From Candidatus Krumholzibacteriia bacterium (GTDB taxonomy: Bacteria; Krumholzibacteriota; Krumholzibacteriia; LZORAL124-64-63), in assembly GCA_036351155.1 (NCBI GenBank), contig JAZBOO010000345.1, forward strand, positions 1 through 27,111: 27,111 nt of DNA. The letters are read 5' to 3'. Positions 1-9,403 of the stretch are shown here, one piece after another (position 1 is the stretch's first letter; each line of letters begins with the position of its first letter). Below the pieces are notes generated by a model. That model ran no database searches. It saw only the letters and a list, made by a program, of their open reading frames with translations, and was not told where the DNA came from. The translations under genes and the position numbers were made by a program.

Positions 1-938
1 CCCACCCGGGAACCCGATTGTTGCGAGGTCAGCAGAATTTTCATGGCCTGGGCCCCCAGGCCGCAGGCGTCGGCGTGGACCGTGGTCAAGGCCGGGTTCA
101 GGTAGCCGGCAATGGACACGTTGTCGAAGCCCACCACGGCCACATCCTCGGGCACCCGGCAGCCGGCCCGCACCAGGGCCGACATCAGGCCGATGGCCAT
201 GCTGTCGTTGGCCGCAAACACTGCCGTGGGGCGGGGATTCATGGCCAGCAGCCCGGTGCCGGCCTCGAAACCGGTGATCTCACGGAAATCGCCCGGAATG
301 ACGTGGGGCACATCGGGATCCAGGCCGGCTTCCACGAAGGCCCGGCGGAATCCGCGCAGTCGTTCCTCCGCGTCCACGTTGCCTTCCGGGCCGGAGATGA
401 AGGCGATGTCGCGATGCCCCATTTCCAGCAGGTGCTCCACGGCCCTCTGGGCCCCATGTGAGTTGTCGATCCCCACGGAATGGCAGCGGTCCACCTCGAC
501 GCGGGGATTCAGCAGCACCACGGGAATGCGCCGCCTCACCCGTTCCACCGTTTCGATGGAGGCCTCGTCCGGGGCCATCATGATCAGTCCATCGATGCGC
601 CCGAGCATGGCCCGGCTGGCGGCCAGCACATCCTCGCTGTTGGAGTGGGAACTGGAGAGGAGAATCTGGTAGTTGTTGAGCCGGGCCTGGTGATCGATGC
701 CCCGGATCACATCGGAGTAGAACTCGCCAAAGAGGTCGGGCAGCAGCACACCGAAGGTGCGTGTGCAGCTGGTGGCCAGACTCTGGGCCGCACTGTTGGG
801 CCAGTAGTCCAGCCGGGCGGCGGCGTCCATGACACGCTGGGCGGTATCTCCGCTGACCAGGGCGTTGTTGTTGAAAACCCGGGAAACCGTGGCGATGGAA
901 ACCCCGGCCGCGAGGGCGACTTCGCGAATGGTGGCCAA
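1..938 (-). CDS. LacI-family transcriptional regulator (3' end runs off the window)
   Basis: Not in the ORF track. Manual translation from TTG at 938 (GGAG upstream) gives MATIREVALAAGVSIATVSRVFNN...YWPNSAAQSLA (LacI HTH plus hinge helix) and a C-terminal ...GFDNVSIAGYLNPALTTV sugar-binding motif. No stop before position 1. Confidence 0.93.
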   Translation of the reverse strand, partial: MATIREVALAAGVSIATVSRVFNNNALVSGDTAQRVMDAAARLDYWPNSAAQSLATSCTRTFGVLLPDLFGEFYSDVIRGIDHQARLNNYQILLSSSHSNSEDVLAASRAMLGRIDGLIMMAPDEASIETVERVRRRIPVVLLNPRVEVDRCHSVGIDNSHGAQRAVEHLLEMGHRDIAFISGPEGNVDAEERLRGFRRAFVEAGLDPDVPHVIPGDFREITGFEAGTGLLAMNPRPTAVFAANDSMAIGLMSALVRAGCRVPEDVAVVGFDNVSIAGYLNPALTTVHADACGLGAQAMKILLTSQQSGSRV

Positions 939-1027
939 GATGCTCTCCAAGCTGGATGCCCGCAGCTTCTTCCTGAAACAGAACGGGCCCAAAAACCATT
1001 TTGACGGACAGTCCTCGTCCGCTGCCG

Positions 1028-1043
1028 ATGTAAACGGTTTCAT
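1028..1043. promoter_or_regulatory. LacI-type operator palindrome ATGTAAACGGTTTCAT
   Basis: Imperfect palindrome with central CG (TGnAAnCG-type), lying between the divergent lacI and GH94 genes. Confidence 0.75.
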
Positions 1044-1070
1044 AAATCGCCATTCGTGTCAAGCACCTCT

Positions 1071-1100
1071 TTGACAAATGCCCTCAAATGGTCTAACAAT
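1071..1100 (+). promoter_or_regulatory. Putative sigma70 promoter for the GH94-GH1 operon
   Basis: TTGACA at 1071-1076, then 17-18 nt, then TAACAAT. A second, divergent TTGACA lies on the minus strand at 1057-1062. Confidence 0.5.
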
Positions 1101-1158
1101 GCCCGGGACAGCTCCATTTTCGCGCCCCGCATGAGGTTTGGCCGGAAGGTTGATTGAT

Positions 1159-4100
1159 ATGTCCACGGCAGAGTTTTCGCCCCCCCACGTCCCGGCAGGG
1201 TTCACACCTGCGGTTGGCATCCTTTCCGGAGGCCGTTCCGGGCCCGCCGCGGGATACACGGTTCTGGCCACGGCCCGCGGGTCCGGTGGCAGCTTTTTCC
1301 AGAATACCATGCTGACTGTCGGGCCGGAAACCCATGGTGGCGGCCTGAAGTTCTTCATTCGGGACCTGAGAAGCGGCACCTTCTGGGCAGCGGGCCAAAC
1401 CACGGGGCAGGTGATCACGCGGAGTACACCTGGGGTTTTCCAGCTGGACCACATCCAGGAGGAATTGAAAGTTTCCCTGGAAGCCTGTGTGCTGAATGAC
1501 CGGAGCGCCGAGCTGCGCCGATTGACCCTGACCGACCTTTCCCATGAAGACCGACTCATCGAGGTGACTTCGCTGGCCGAGGTGGTGCTGAATCACCCGG
1601 CCGCCCATGCCGCGCATCCGGCCTTTTCCAAGCTCTTTCTGCAAACCGAATACGTGGCCGAGCATCGTGCGCTGTTGACCCACCGCCGCCCGCGAGATCC
1701 CGAGGAACACACCCCCACCCTGGTGCACGCCTTGCTGGAGTCGGGCCCCGTGGAGTGGGAAACGGACCGGGCCCTGTTTTTTGGACGGGGTTTTCACCGG
1801 GACCGGCCGGCCGCCATGCAAACCCGCACGCCGCTGAGCGGGACGGTGGGCAACGTGCTGGACCCCGTAGCTTGCCTGCGCCGCCAGGTGAAAATTCCGG
1901 CAGGAGCCAGCGTCACCCTGACCTTCCTGCTGGGCGTGGGATCAGCCGCTCATGGGGCCGGGCCACTGGTGGCTGGGCTGGACACCGACACGCATATCCT
2001 GGCCGCCTTCGACCAGGCCCGGCAAAGCGGAGAAGACCAGCGGAGACGCCTGGGAGGCACCGCCGAAGATCACCTTTACGCCCACCACCTTGCCGCGGCT
2101 ATCTTGCGTGGAGACCGCTGTTTGCGCCCCTCCCCCCTTCCTCAGCTGGCCCCCGGCAGCCATCCTTCCGATCTCTCGGCCCTGGGCATCGACCCACACC
2201 AGCCCCTGGTCGTGGTGCACGCCAGCGCACCCATCAGCCAGTACCTGCTGAAGCTGCAAAGGATCTGGCATGGGCTGAGCCTTCCCATCCAGCTGGCCGT
2301 GGTGGGCAACGAGGGCGTCGTAACGGGGAGCCTACCTGGCGTTTTGCCGATCAAGGAAAGCGACCTGACCGCCCCCCACCGGGACCTCCTGTCCGTGCAT
2401 GCCCGGCTGGTGGTCACCGAGGGGTTGCCCGATCTGGCGCAGCTGGTTCCCGGGGTTCCCCCCTCCTCCCGGGCCAATCCCCGGCCCGTGTCCACGCCGA
2501 CTGACCGGAAGGAATCCGAGCTCGCCTTCTACAATGGCCGTGGCGGCTTCAGCCCCGATGGCCGGGAATACGTGATCCACCTTCCCTCCGGCCCCCATGG
2601 ACGGCTGGACCTGCCCCCCCGCCCCTGGACCAACGTGCTGGCCAACGAAAAGCTGGGGGGCATCGTCAGTGAGACCGGGGCCGGAACCACCTGGGGGGGC
2701 AACAGCCGGGAGCACCGGCTGACCCCCTGGTCCAATGATCCGGTCCTGGATCCGCATGGCGAGGCCCTTTACCTGCGCGAAGAATCCGATGGGCACTATT
2801 TCTCGATTCTTCCCGGTCCTGTTCCCGCCGGGGGTCACTACGAGGTCCGGCACGGCCAGGGCTATTCACGGTTTCAGCGCCAGGGAGATGACCTGGAGAT
2901 CGAGACCCTGGTGTTTGTCCACCATGAGGATCCTCTCCGCTTTCAGCGCATCCGCCTGCGGAACACCACCAGCCGGCCGCGCCAATTTTCCCTGCTGACC
3001 TGCAGCCAGCTGGTTCTGGGCGACACACCGGAGAATTCCGAGCGATACGTGGTCACGTCTCACGACCCGGGGACCGGCGCTCTGCTGGCGCGCAACCCCG
3101 TGGCGGGACCTTTTGCCTCACACGTCACCTTCTCCTTGATCAGCGGAGGATCCCCTCTCCCGCAGCTGCAGTTCAGCGGCGATCGCCTCGAGGTTCTGGG
3201 AGAGGATCAGGACCCCACCTCTCCGGCGGCCCTGCGGGGCACGGGCCTCAAAGGGCGCGTGGGTGCCGGACTGGCCCCCTGCTTCGCCTTCCAGGGGACG
3301 ATCGAGCTGGCTCCGGATGAGACCACCGAAATCTGGGTTCTGCTGGGACAGGCCGAGAGCGAGGATGAGCTGGCAGTCCTGCTGTCCCGGTATGCCCGAC
3401 CGTCGGCCTGTGCCGAGGCCTGGCTGGCCACCCGGAAATTCTGGCGCGATGGGCTGGACGGCCTCCAGATCAGGACGCCATCGCCGGCTCTGGACCTCAT
3501 GGTCAACGGCTGGCTGGGTTACCAGACCCTGGCCTGCCGCATGATGGGGCGCAGCGCCTTCTACCAGTCGGGAGGAGCCTACGGCTTTAGGGACCAGCTC
3601 CAGGATTCCCTCTCCCTGCTCCCACTCTGGCCCGAGCGGACCCGCCAGCAGATCCTGCGGCACGCCGCCCACCAGTTTGTCGAAGGCGATGTCCTGCACT
3701 GGTGGCATCCCCCGCTCAGCCGCGGCATCCGCACGCGCTTTGCCGATGACCTGCTCTGGCTGCCACTGGCCACCGTGGAGTATCTGAAAGCCACCGGCGA
3801 CCGGGGAATCCTGGCCCAGGTGACCCCCTTCCTGAAGGCTCAACAACTTGAACCCGGACAAGACGAGGTTTTCCTGCAACCGGAACCTTCCAGCGAGTCG
3901 GCCGACCTGTACGAGCATTGTTGCCGCGCTCTGGACCGTTCCCTGACCCTCGGCCGTCACGGCTTGCCGCTGTTTGGCACGGGCGACTGGAACGACGGCA
4001 TGAACCGGGTGGGTCGCCAGGGCCTGGGCGAAAGCGTGTGGATGGGTTTTTTCCTGGTGACCATCATCGACGGCTTTCTGCCGCTCTGCGAGGATTGCCA

Positions 4101-4989
4101 GGACCACGAGAGAGCCGCCCGCTACCGGCGCTACCGCAACGACATGGTCCACACCCTGAACGACTCCGGATGGGACGGCGGCTGGTACCGCCGCGGTTAC
4201 TACGACGATGGATCTCCCCTGGGCTCCTGGGAAAACAAGGAGTGTGCCATCGACGCCCTGGCCCAGTCGTGGTCGGTGCTGTCGGGTGTGGCCCCGCCGG
4301 CACGGGCGGACCAGGTCATGGATGCCGTGGAAGAGCACCTCATCAACGATGACGAACGCTTGATCCGGCTGCTCACCCCGCCTTTTGTCGACACGCCCCA
4401 CGATCCCGGGTACATCAAGGGTTACGTGGCCGGAGTCCGCGAGAACGGCGGCCAGTACACCCACGCCGCCCTCTGGGTGGTCAAGGCCATGGCCACCCTG
4501 GGTCGGCGCCAGCGTGCGGCCGCCCTGCTGGAGCTGCTCAATCCGATCAATCATGCCCTGACACCTGCCCAGGTGGACCGCTACCAGGTCGAACCTTACG
4601 TGGTGGCCGCCGACGTGTACGGGGCCGCTCCCCACGTGGGCCGCGGCGGCTGGACCTGGTACACCGGTTCCTCCGGCTGGATGCACAGGGTGGCCCTGGA
4701 ATCGGTTCTGGGTTTCCGTCCCGAAGGGGACACCCTGGTGATCGCGCCGTGTGTCCCCGACGAGTGGCCGGAATACAGCATCAACTGGGCGGTGCCCGGC
4801 AACTCGGGAACCCGTTATCAGGTCCGGGTCACCAATCCCCAGGGGTGCTCGGCCGTGGTGGTATCCTGCACCCTGGACGGGGCCGATCTTCCGGCGGCGG
4901 ACGGCACGGCCCGCCTTCCGCTGCTGAAGGATGGACAGGAACACCTGGTGGTCATCACCCTGGGCGCCCTGCAGGGGGAATGTCGATGA
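1159..4989 (+). CDS. GH94 glycoside phosphorylase resembling the C-terminal phosphorylase region of cyclic beta-1,2-glucan synthase (Cgs/NdvB); probable beta-1,2-oligoglucan phosphorylase
   Basis: Motifs HPAFSKLF, PWTNVLAN, RSAFYQSGGAYGFRDQLQD, GTGDWNDGMNRVG, GVRENGGQYTHAA and GRGGWTWYTGSSGW; two tandem beta-sandwich domains. ATG 1159 has GGAAGG upstream (the ORF track starts at 1138). No signal peptide. Confidence 0.88.
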   Translation: MSTAEFSPPHVPAGFTPAVGILSGGRSGPAAGYTVLATARGSGGSFFQNTMLTVGPETHGGGLKFFIRDLRSGTFWAAGQTTGQVITRSTPGVFQLDHIQEELKVSLEACVLNDRSAELRRLTLTDLSHEDRLIEVTSLAEVVLNHPAAHAAHPAFSKLFLQTEYVAEHRALLTHRRPRDPEEHTPTLVHALLESGPVEWETDRALFFGRGFHRDRPAAMQTRTPLSGTVGNVLDPVACLRRQVKIPAGASVTLTFLLGVGSAAHGAGPLVAGLDTDTHILAAFDQARQSGEDQRRRLGGTAEDHLYAHHLAAAILRGDRCLRPSPLPQLAPGSHPSDLSALGIDPHQPLVVVHASAPISQYLLKLQRIWHGLSLPIQLAVVGNEGVVTGSLPGVLPIKESDLTAPHRDLLSVHARLVVTEGLPDLAQLVPGVPPSSRANPRPVSTPTDRKESELAFYNGRGGFSPDGREYVIHLPSGPHGRLDLPPRPWTNVLANEKLGGIVSETGAGTTWGGNSREHRLTPWSNDPVLDPHGEALYLREESDGHYFSILPGPVPAGGHYEVRHGQGYSRFQRQGDDLEIETLVFVHHEDPLRFQRIRLRNTTSRPRQFSLLTCSQLVLGDTPENSERYVVTSHDPGTGALLARNPVAGPFASHVTFSLISGGSPLPQLQFSGDRLEVLGEDQDPTSPAALRGTGLKGRVGAGLAPCFAFQGTIELAPDETTEIWVLLGQAESEDELAVLLSRYARPSACAEAWLATRKFWRDGLDGLQIRTPSPALDLMVNGWLGYQTLACRMMGRSAFYQSGGAYGFRDQLQDSLSLLPLWPERTRQQILRHAAHQFVEGDVLHWWHPPLSRGIRTRFADDLLWLPLATVEYLKATGDRGILAQVTPFLKAQQLEPGQDEVFLQPEPSSESADLYEHCCRALDRSLTLGRHGLPLFGTGDWNDGMNRVGRQGLGESVWMGFFLVTIIDGFLPLCEDCQDHERAARYRRYRNDMVHTLNDSGWDGGWYRRGYYDDGSPLGSWENKECAIDALAQSWSVLSGVAPPARADQVMDAVEEHLINDDERLIRLLTPPFVDTPHDPGYIKGYVAGVRENGGQYTHAALWVVKAMATLGRRQRAAALLELLNPINHALTPAQVDRYQVEPYVVAADVYGAAPHVGRGGWTWYTGSSGWMHRVALESVLGFRPEGDTLVIAPCVPDEWPEYSINWAVPGNSGTRYQVRVTNPQGCSAVVVSCTLDGADLPAADGTARLPLLKDGQEHLVVITLGALQGECR

Positions 4990-6362
4990 ATCCTTTTCCT
5001 CCGGATTTCCTCTGGGGTGCGGCCACCTCGTCCTACCAGATCGAAGGTTCACCCCTGGCCGACGGAGCCGGCCCCAGTGACTGGCACCTTTTTTCGCATA
5101 CCCCGGGAAGAACCGCCCATGGTCACACCGGGGACGCGGCCTGCGATCACTACCGGCGCTGGGCCCAGGACATTGCCCTCATGGGAGAGCTGGGCTTGCG
5201 GGCCTACCGGTTCAGCCTGGCCTGGGCGCGGATCCTGCCCGACGGAACAGGCTCCGTGAACCAGGCCGGCCTCGATTTTTATGACCGCCTGATCGAGGGG
5301 CTTCTGAAGGCGGGGATCACTCCGGTGCCCACCCTGTTCCACTGGGATCTGCCGGCGGCTCTGGCCCAGCGAGGTGGCTGGACCCACCGGGACAGCGCCG
5401 ACTGGTTTGCCGAGTATGCCCAGGTGGTGTTCAGGCGTCTGGGAGATCGTGTGAGCCGCTGGACCACCCTGAATGAACCCTGGGTGGTGGTCGATGGTGG
5501 CTATGTCTCCGGGATGCACCCCCCAGGCCAGCGTGACCTGGGAGCTGCGGCCCGGGCCACCCACAACCTTTTGCGGGCCCATGGTCAGGCTGTTCGCTGT
5601 TTCCGGGCCGAAGGTCAGGGCGAGATCGGCCTGGTGGTGAACCTGGAACCCAAGGATGCAGCCAGTTCCACGGCAGAAGATCTGGCCGCGGCCCATCGCG
5701 CCGAGGCTTACATGAACCGCCAGTTTCTCGATCCGGTCATTCTGGGTGCGTACCCGGCTGAAATGGCGGAGATGTATGGCGATCAATGGCCCGAGTTTCC
5801 CGAAAAGGATTTCGCCCTCATCGGCGAACCGACCGATTTCCTGGGTGTGAACTATTACAGCCGTTCGGTCAACCGCAACGCGCCGGAAGTGGTGCCCACC
5901 GGAGCGGCGCCGGTCAAGCAGGAGGGGTCGGAGTACACGGCGTTCGACTGGGAGGTCCATCCTGCCAGCCTGGTCAAGGTGCTGAACTGGGTAAGAAATC
6001 GCTATGGCGACCGTCCCATTTACATCACCGAGAACGGGGCCGCCTTCGACGATCCCTTGCCCGACCAGAATGGCCGAGTGGCCGATGTCCGTCGCCTCGC
6101 CTACCTGAAGGAGCACCTGCGGGCCGTGGGCCAGGCCAGGGAAAACGGGGTGGACGTGCGCGGGTATTTTGCCTGGTCGTTGCTGGACAACTTCGAGTGG
6201 GCCTTCGGCTACGACAAACGATTTGGTCTGGTGCAGGTGGACTTCGCCACCCAGAAGCGGACCATCAAGGACAGCGGGTATTTCTACCGAGATGTCGTGG
6301 CCAGCGGGGGCCAGATCCTGTTCGATCAGGGCAGGGCCCAGCGTACGGTCACGGGAATGTGA
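4986..6362 (+). CDS. GH1 beta-glucosidase
   Basis: FLWGAATSSYQIEG N-terminal signature, TLNEP (acid/base), YITENG (nucleophile), WSLLDNFEW. Start overlaps the GH94 stop (ATGA). Confidence 0.95.
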   Translation: MNPFPPDFLWGAATSSYQIEGSPLADGAGPSDWHLFSHTPGRTAHGHTGDAACDHYRRWAQDIALMGELGLRAYRFSLAWARILPDGTGSVNQAGLDFYDRLIEGLLKAGITPVPTLFHWDLPAALAQRGGWTHRDSADWFAEYAQVVFRRLGDRVSRWTTLNEPWVVVDGGYVSGMHPPGQRDLGAAARATHNLLRAHGQAVRCFRAEGQGEIGLVVNLEPKDAASSTAEDLAAAHRAEAYMNRQFLDPVILGAYPAEMAEMYGDQWPEFPEKDFALIGEPTDFLGVNYYSRSVNRNAPEVVPTGAAPVKQEGSEYTAFDWEVHPASLVKVLNWVRNRYGDRPIYITENGAAFDDPLPDQNGRVADVRRLAYLKEHLRAVGQARENGVDVRGYFAWSLLDNFEWAFGYDKRFGLVQVDFATQKRTIKDSGYFYRDVVASGGQILFDQGRAQRTVTGM

Positions 6363-9300
6363 TGAACCACGGGCATTCCCCTGGGATCGCTTTCCAGGGC
6401 ATCCCCCTTGACCTCGATCAGCCGGCCCACCCCAGGGGGATCGAGAACCAGTCCACCGGGTGGCGGCGTGAATCCGCCAGCGATGGTCATCACCACTTCT
6501 CCATCCTGGTGGGACAAGGCGTAACTCAGAAACCCGTAAGGTGTGGGAAGGTCCTCCACCTGAACGCCGCCTTCGTCAAGCCAGGCCACGGGCAGTCCGG
6601 CAGCCAGAACCAGGGCTGACGGGGCTGCACCCCTGTCCCTTCTTTCGTGAGCGAACATGTCCAGGAAGCTGCGGATGTAATCGGACCCCACCCAGGTGTG
6701 GGGCATGTCGCCGATGAAGCGGGCCTGATGCGGATCGCTGCCCACCACTTCGCCCCACTGGCGCCAGCCGATGGGCGTGCGGTGGGCGAGGAAGAAGTCT
6801 AGCAAATCGCCGGCGCGTTCCCGCCAGCCCAGGCGCACGAAGGCCCCGATGTTCCGGATTTCATAAGGGGTGAAGGCGTCCCAGGGCTCACCTTCCTTTC
6901 GGGCCTGGAAAAAATCGAAGTAGCGCTGAAAGGTGGCTTCGAGGGCGCCTTCGGGAAGGATGTTCCACGCCTCCGCCGGATCGAGGGCAATGGTGGTGGA
7001 GGTGGCGTCAAAATCACCGAGATCGGCACAACCGGGAATGTAGTCGATGCCGTGGACCGCCATGGCCGCCAGCACCGAAGCTTCCAGATCCTGCGCAAAT
7101 CGATCGCGCAACCGGACCAGGGCCTGCTCTTGCTCCGCCTGAAGCTGCTGGGCCAGCCAGGCCGCATCTTTCAAGCCGCGCAGGGCAAAGAAGTTGTCCC
7201 AGTAAGAATGCATGGGCTTGGCGGAATACCCTTCGTGGCTGATCGAAGGAGGTAATATTCCGTAGAAATGTTGATTTTCCGGTTTCCGGTAATCATCGGT
7301 GAGGCGCTGAGCCAGCAATTCTTCGAGGTAGGAGACGCCGCGCAAAACACGAGGCCACATGGTCCGCAGAAAATCCTGGTCCCCCGTGTAACGGTAATAT
7401 TCACAGGTCAGATAAATAAATTCACCCGTGGAGTCGTGTTCCGGCACAGGGTCGGCTCCCCGCCAGTCCACCACGCAGGGAATTTTACCATTTTCATACT
7501 GATGAGGCGCGTACCATTCCAGAAATTCACGGACCGCAGGCGCATGTCCCAGACGCAACAGGGCCACACCGGTCAACGCCTCATCCCTGATCCAGGATCG
7601 CGCGTAAGAACGGGCGCCCGGCTGGATCCGCTGCTCCGCACGATTCACCAGAATGGCCCCCAGCTGTGTCCGCATGGTGGCGATGGCATCGTGGGCCGAC
7701 GCGGGACCGGAGATCTGGACTCGATCCAGTTTTTCCCGCCATTGGAGCTGTATCTCCCCTTTCGCCGGGGACAAAATGGGCTCATCAACTGCATGCAGAG
7801 GCACCAGGAGTTCCACCGAACCCATCGCCCCGGCCGGCAGAATCAGGGGATAGGCCACCGCAGCGGAAGCGGCATTCATGGGGTCTTCCACGTCCTGCGC
7901 AGTGGGCAGATGACCGCTGACCAGATGGTCCGCCACTATATCCCCGCCGAAGAATGTGCTGGCCCCGAAAGCCGCCGGTCGATCCATGAGGTGCACGCGT
8001 TCCCGGCCGTTGACGGTGATCACCTGATCGTGAAAAGTAATATTATTGACGGGCGACGACCCGCCGTGAACGTTCAAGAACTGAACCGGAGGATTGACCT
8101 GGAAAGGGCGTACCGCCAGATAGAGCGTGGCAGAATCAGGCTCGGCACTCAGGTTCTCCAGATCATACCTGGCGAGAATGGCCGACTGTCCGGGCTGGCC
8201 CACCCCGGCGGTGGAAATCGTCAATTTCCAGTGGTCGCTGGTCCAGATCACGCCGGGCAGTGGAAGGTCTCCCTCGGCCAGAAAAGGCTGGGCGAGAGCT
8301 TCATTCCAGGTCACAAGGTCGTCGCCGGCCCACAGAAAAGGTTCGAGAGAAAATTCACCCGGCCCCACCTCCAGGGCCCCCGAAGATCCCAGTAAACCTT
8401 CCCGAGCATCGTGATCGACCCCCACCACGGTCCAGGCCGTGGGCTCATCCAGAAACCCCCGGGGAAACGTGCCCCGTCGGGCCTCCTGGGCGATATTCAT
8501 GAAGAACTCATTGCGCGAGCTGGACCAGGCCAGCGGCCGCAGGATCATCTCGGCCAGCGCCGCGTCACCCTCCCACTTCACACGCAGCCAGGCGCTCTCG
8601 CTTTCGGGAAGGTACAGGTGGTCTCGTCCGCCATTGCTGCCGGCCACCTGAACAGCTGTCTTCCACTGCTGGCCATCATCCGAAAATTCCAGAGTATAGT
8701 CCGGCGCAAATCGATCGGGCGCCCAGACCAGAGTCACCCCTCCAAACTCCCGCATCTGATTGAAATCAAAGGTGATCTGCGCGGGGCGGCCATTACCCAC
8801 CCACCAGGTTTCCAGATTTCCATCCAGCACCAGAGAGGGATCCGGACCGCCCTCGGGAGAATCGGCCACCGCCTCGATGGCTGCGGGTTCACCCGTCACC
8901 ACCGGCCGCGGCCACAGCTCCAGGCCATCGATCCATACCGAACCCTTCCCGCCTTGCCCGGCCGTGACGGCAAACTCGATGGCCGCGATGTGGATGGGCT
9001 CCCCGCCTCCCTGGGGTCCCCAGGCAAATCCCACCTGCCGCTTCTTGATGGTGAAGACCTCATAGCCGGACGGCCAGTTCACGTCGCGACGTACGTGCCA
9101 CCAGACGTTTTCCCCGCTGTCGTCGACCAGCTTGAACTCCAGGTGATTTGGCGGAGCATCACCCCGCACCCTGAAACGGAACTCATAGTTGGGCGGCAAG
9201 TCCAGATCAACTTCGCGCCGCGCAATGGCATACCCGCCACCCGAAAAATTAAAATCCAGCCTCAGCGCCCCGGCATCGTCACTCAGATCCAGCTGCACGC

Positions 9301-9403
9301 CATCGGCGGGAAAGGCCTGCCAGCTCCGGGGTTCCCCCAGGGGCACCGGACCTCCACCACAGCCAGCCGCCAGCAAGATCAACAGGAAACCCCACCATTT
9401 CAT
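6326..9403 (-). CDS. Lipoprotein with carbohydrate-binding-like and F5/8 type C (CBM32/discoidin) domains and a C-terminal (alpha/alpha)6 glycosidase-like domain; uncharacterised GH
   Basis: Start MKWWGFLLILLAAGC (lipobox) overlaps the permease stop (ATGA). F5/8 motifs: LDGNLETWW, YTLEFSDDGQQW. Six-hairpin motifs: YARSWIRD, HSYWD, GDMPHTW. Confidence 0.8.
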   Translation of the reverse strand: MKWWGFLLILLAAGCGGGPVPLGEPRSWQAFPADGVQLDLSDDAGALRLDFNFSGGGYAIARREVDLDLPPNYEFRFRVRGDAPPNHLEFKLVDDSGENVWWHVRRDVNWPSGYEVFTIKKRQVGFAWGPQGGGEPIHIAAIEFAVTAGQGGKGSVWIDGLELWPRPVVTGEPAAIEAVADSPEGGPDPSLVLDGNLETWWVGNGRPAQITFDFNQMREFGGVTLVWAPDRFAPDYTLEFSDDGQQWKTAVQVAGSNGGRDHLYLPESESAWLRVKWEGDAALAEMILRPLAWSSSRNEFFMNIAQEARRGTFPRGFLDEPTAWTVVGVDHDAREGLLGSSGALEVGPGEFSLEPFLWAGDDLVTWNEALAQPFLAEGDLPLPGVIWTSDHWKLTISTAGVGQPGQSAILARYDLENLSAEPDSATLYLAVRPFQVNPPVQFLNVHGGSSPVNNITFHDQVITVNGRERVHLMDRPAAFGASTFFGGDIVADHLVSGHLPTAQDVEDPMNAASAAVAYPLILPAGAMGSVELLVPLHAVDEPILSPAKGEIQLQWREKLDRVQISGPASAHDAIATMRTQLGAILVNRAEQRIQPGARSYARSWIRDEALTGVALLRLGHAPAVREFLEWYAPHQYENGKIPCVVDWRGADPVPEHDSTGEFIYLTCEYYRYTGDQDFLRTMWPRVLRGVSYLEELLAQRLTDDYRKPENQHFYGILPPSISHEGYSAKPMHSYWDNFFALRGLKDAAWLAQQLQAEQEQALVRLRDRFAQDLEASVLAAMAVHGIDYIPGCADLGDFDATSTTIALDPAEAWNILPEGALEATFQRYFDFFQARKEGEPWDAFTPYEIRNIGAFVRLGWRERAGDLLDFFLAHRTPIGWRQWGEVVGSDPHQARFIGDMPHTWVGSDYIRSFLDMFAHERRDRGAAPSALVLAAGLPVAWLDEGGVQVEDLPTPYGFLSYALSHQDGEVVMTIAGGFTPPPGGLVLDPPGVGRLIEVKGDALESDPRGMPVVHHIPVTVRWALP

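Noticed and set aside
18..1077. ORF-track calls over the first kilobase
   Set aside because: All overlap the real LacI frame (TTG 938), which the track missed because its stop is outside the window.
3118..6116. Long minus-strand ORFs (644 aa, 355 aa) opposite GH94/GH1, and similar shadows elsewhere
   Set aside because: Antisense artefacts of high GC; the sense genes carry clear family motifs.
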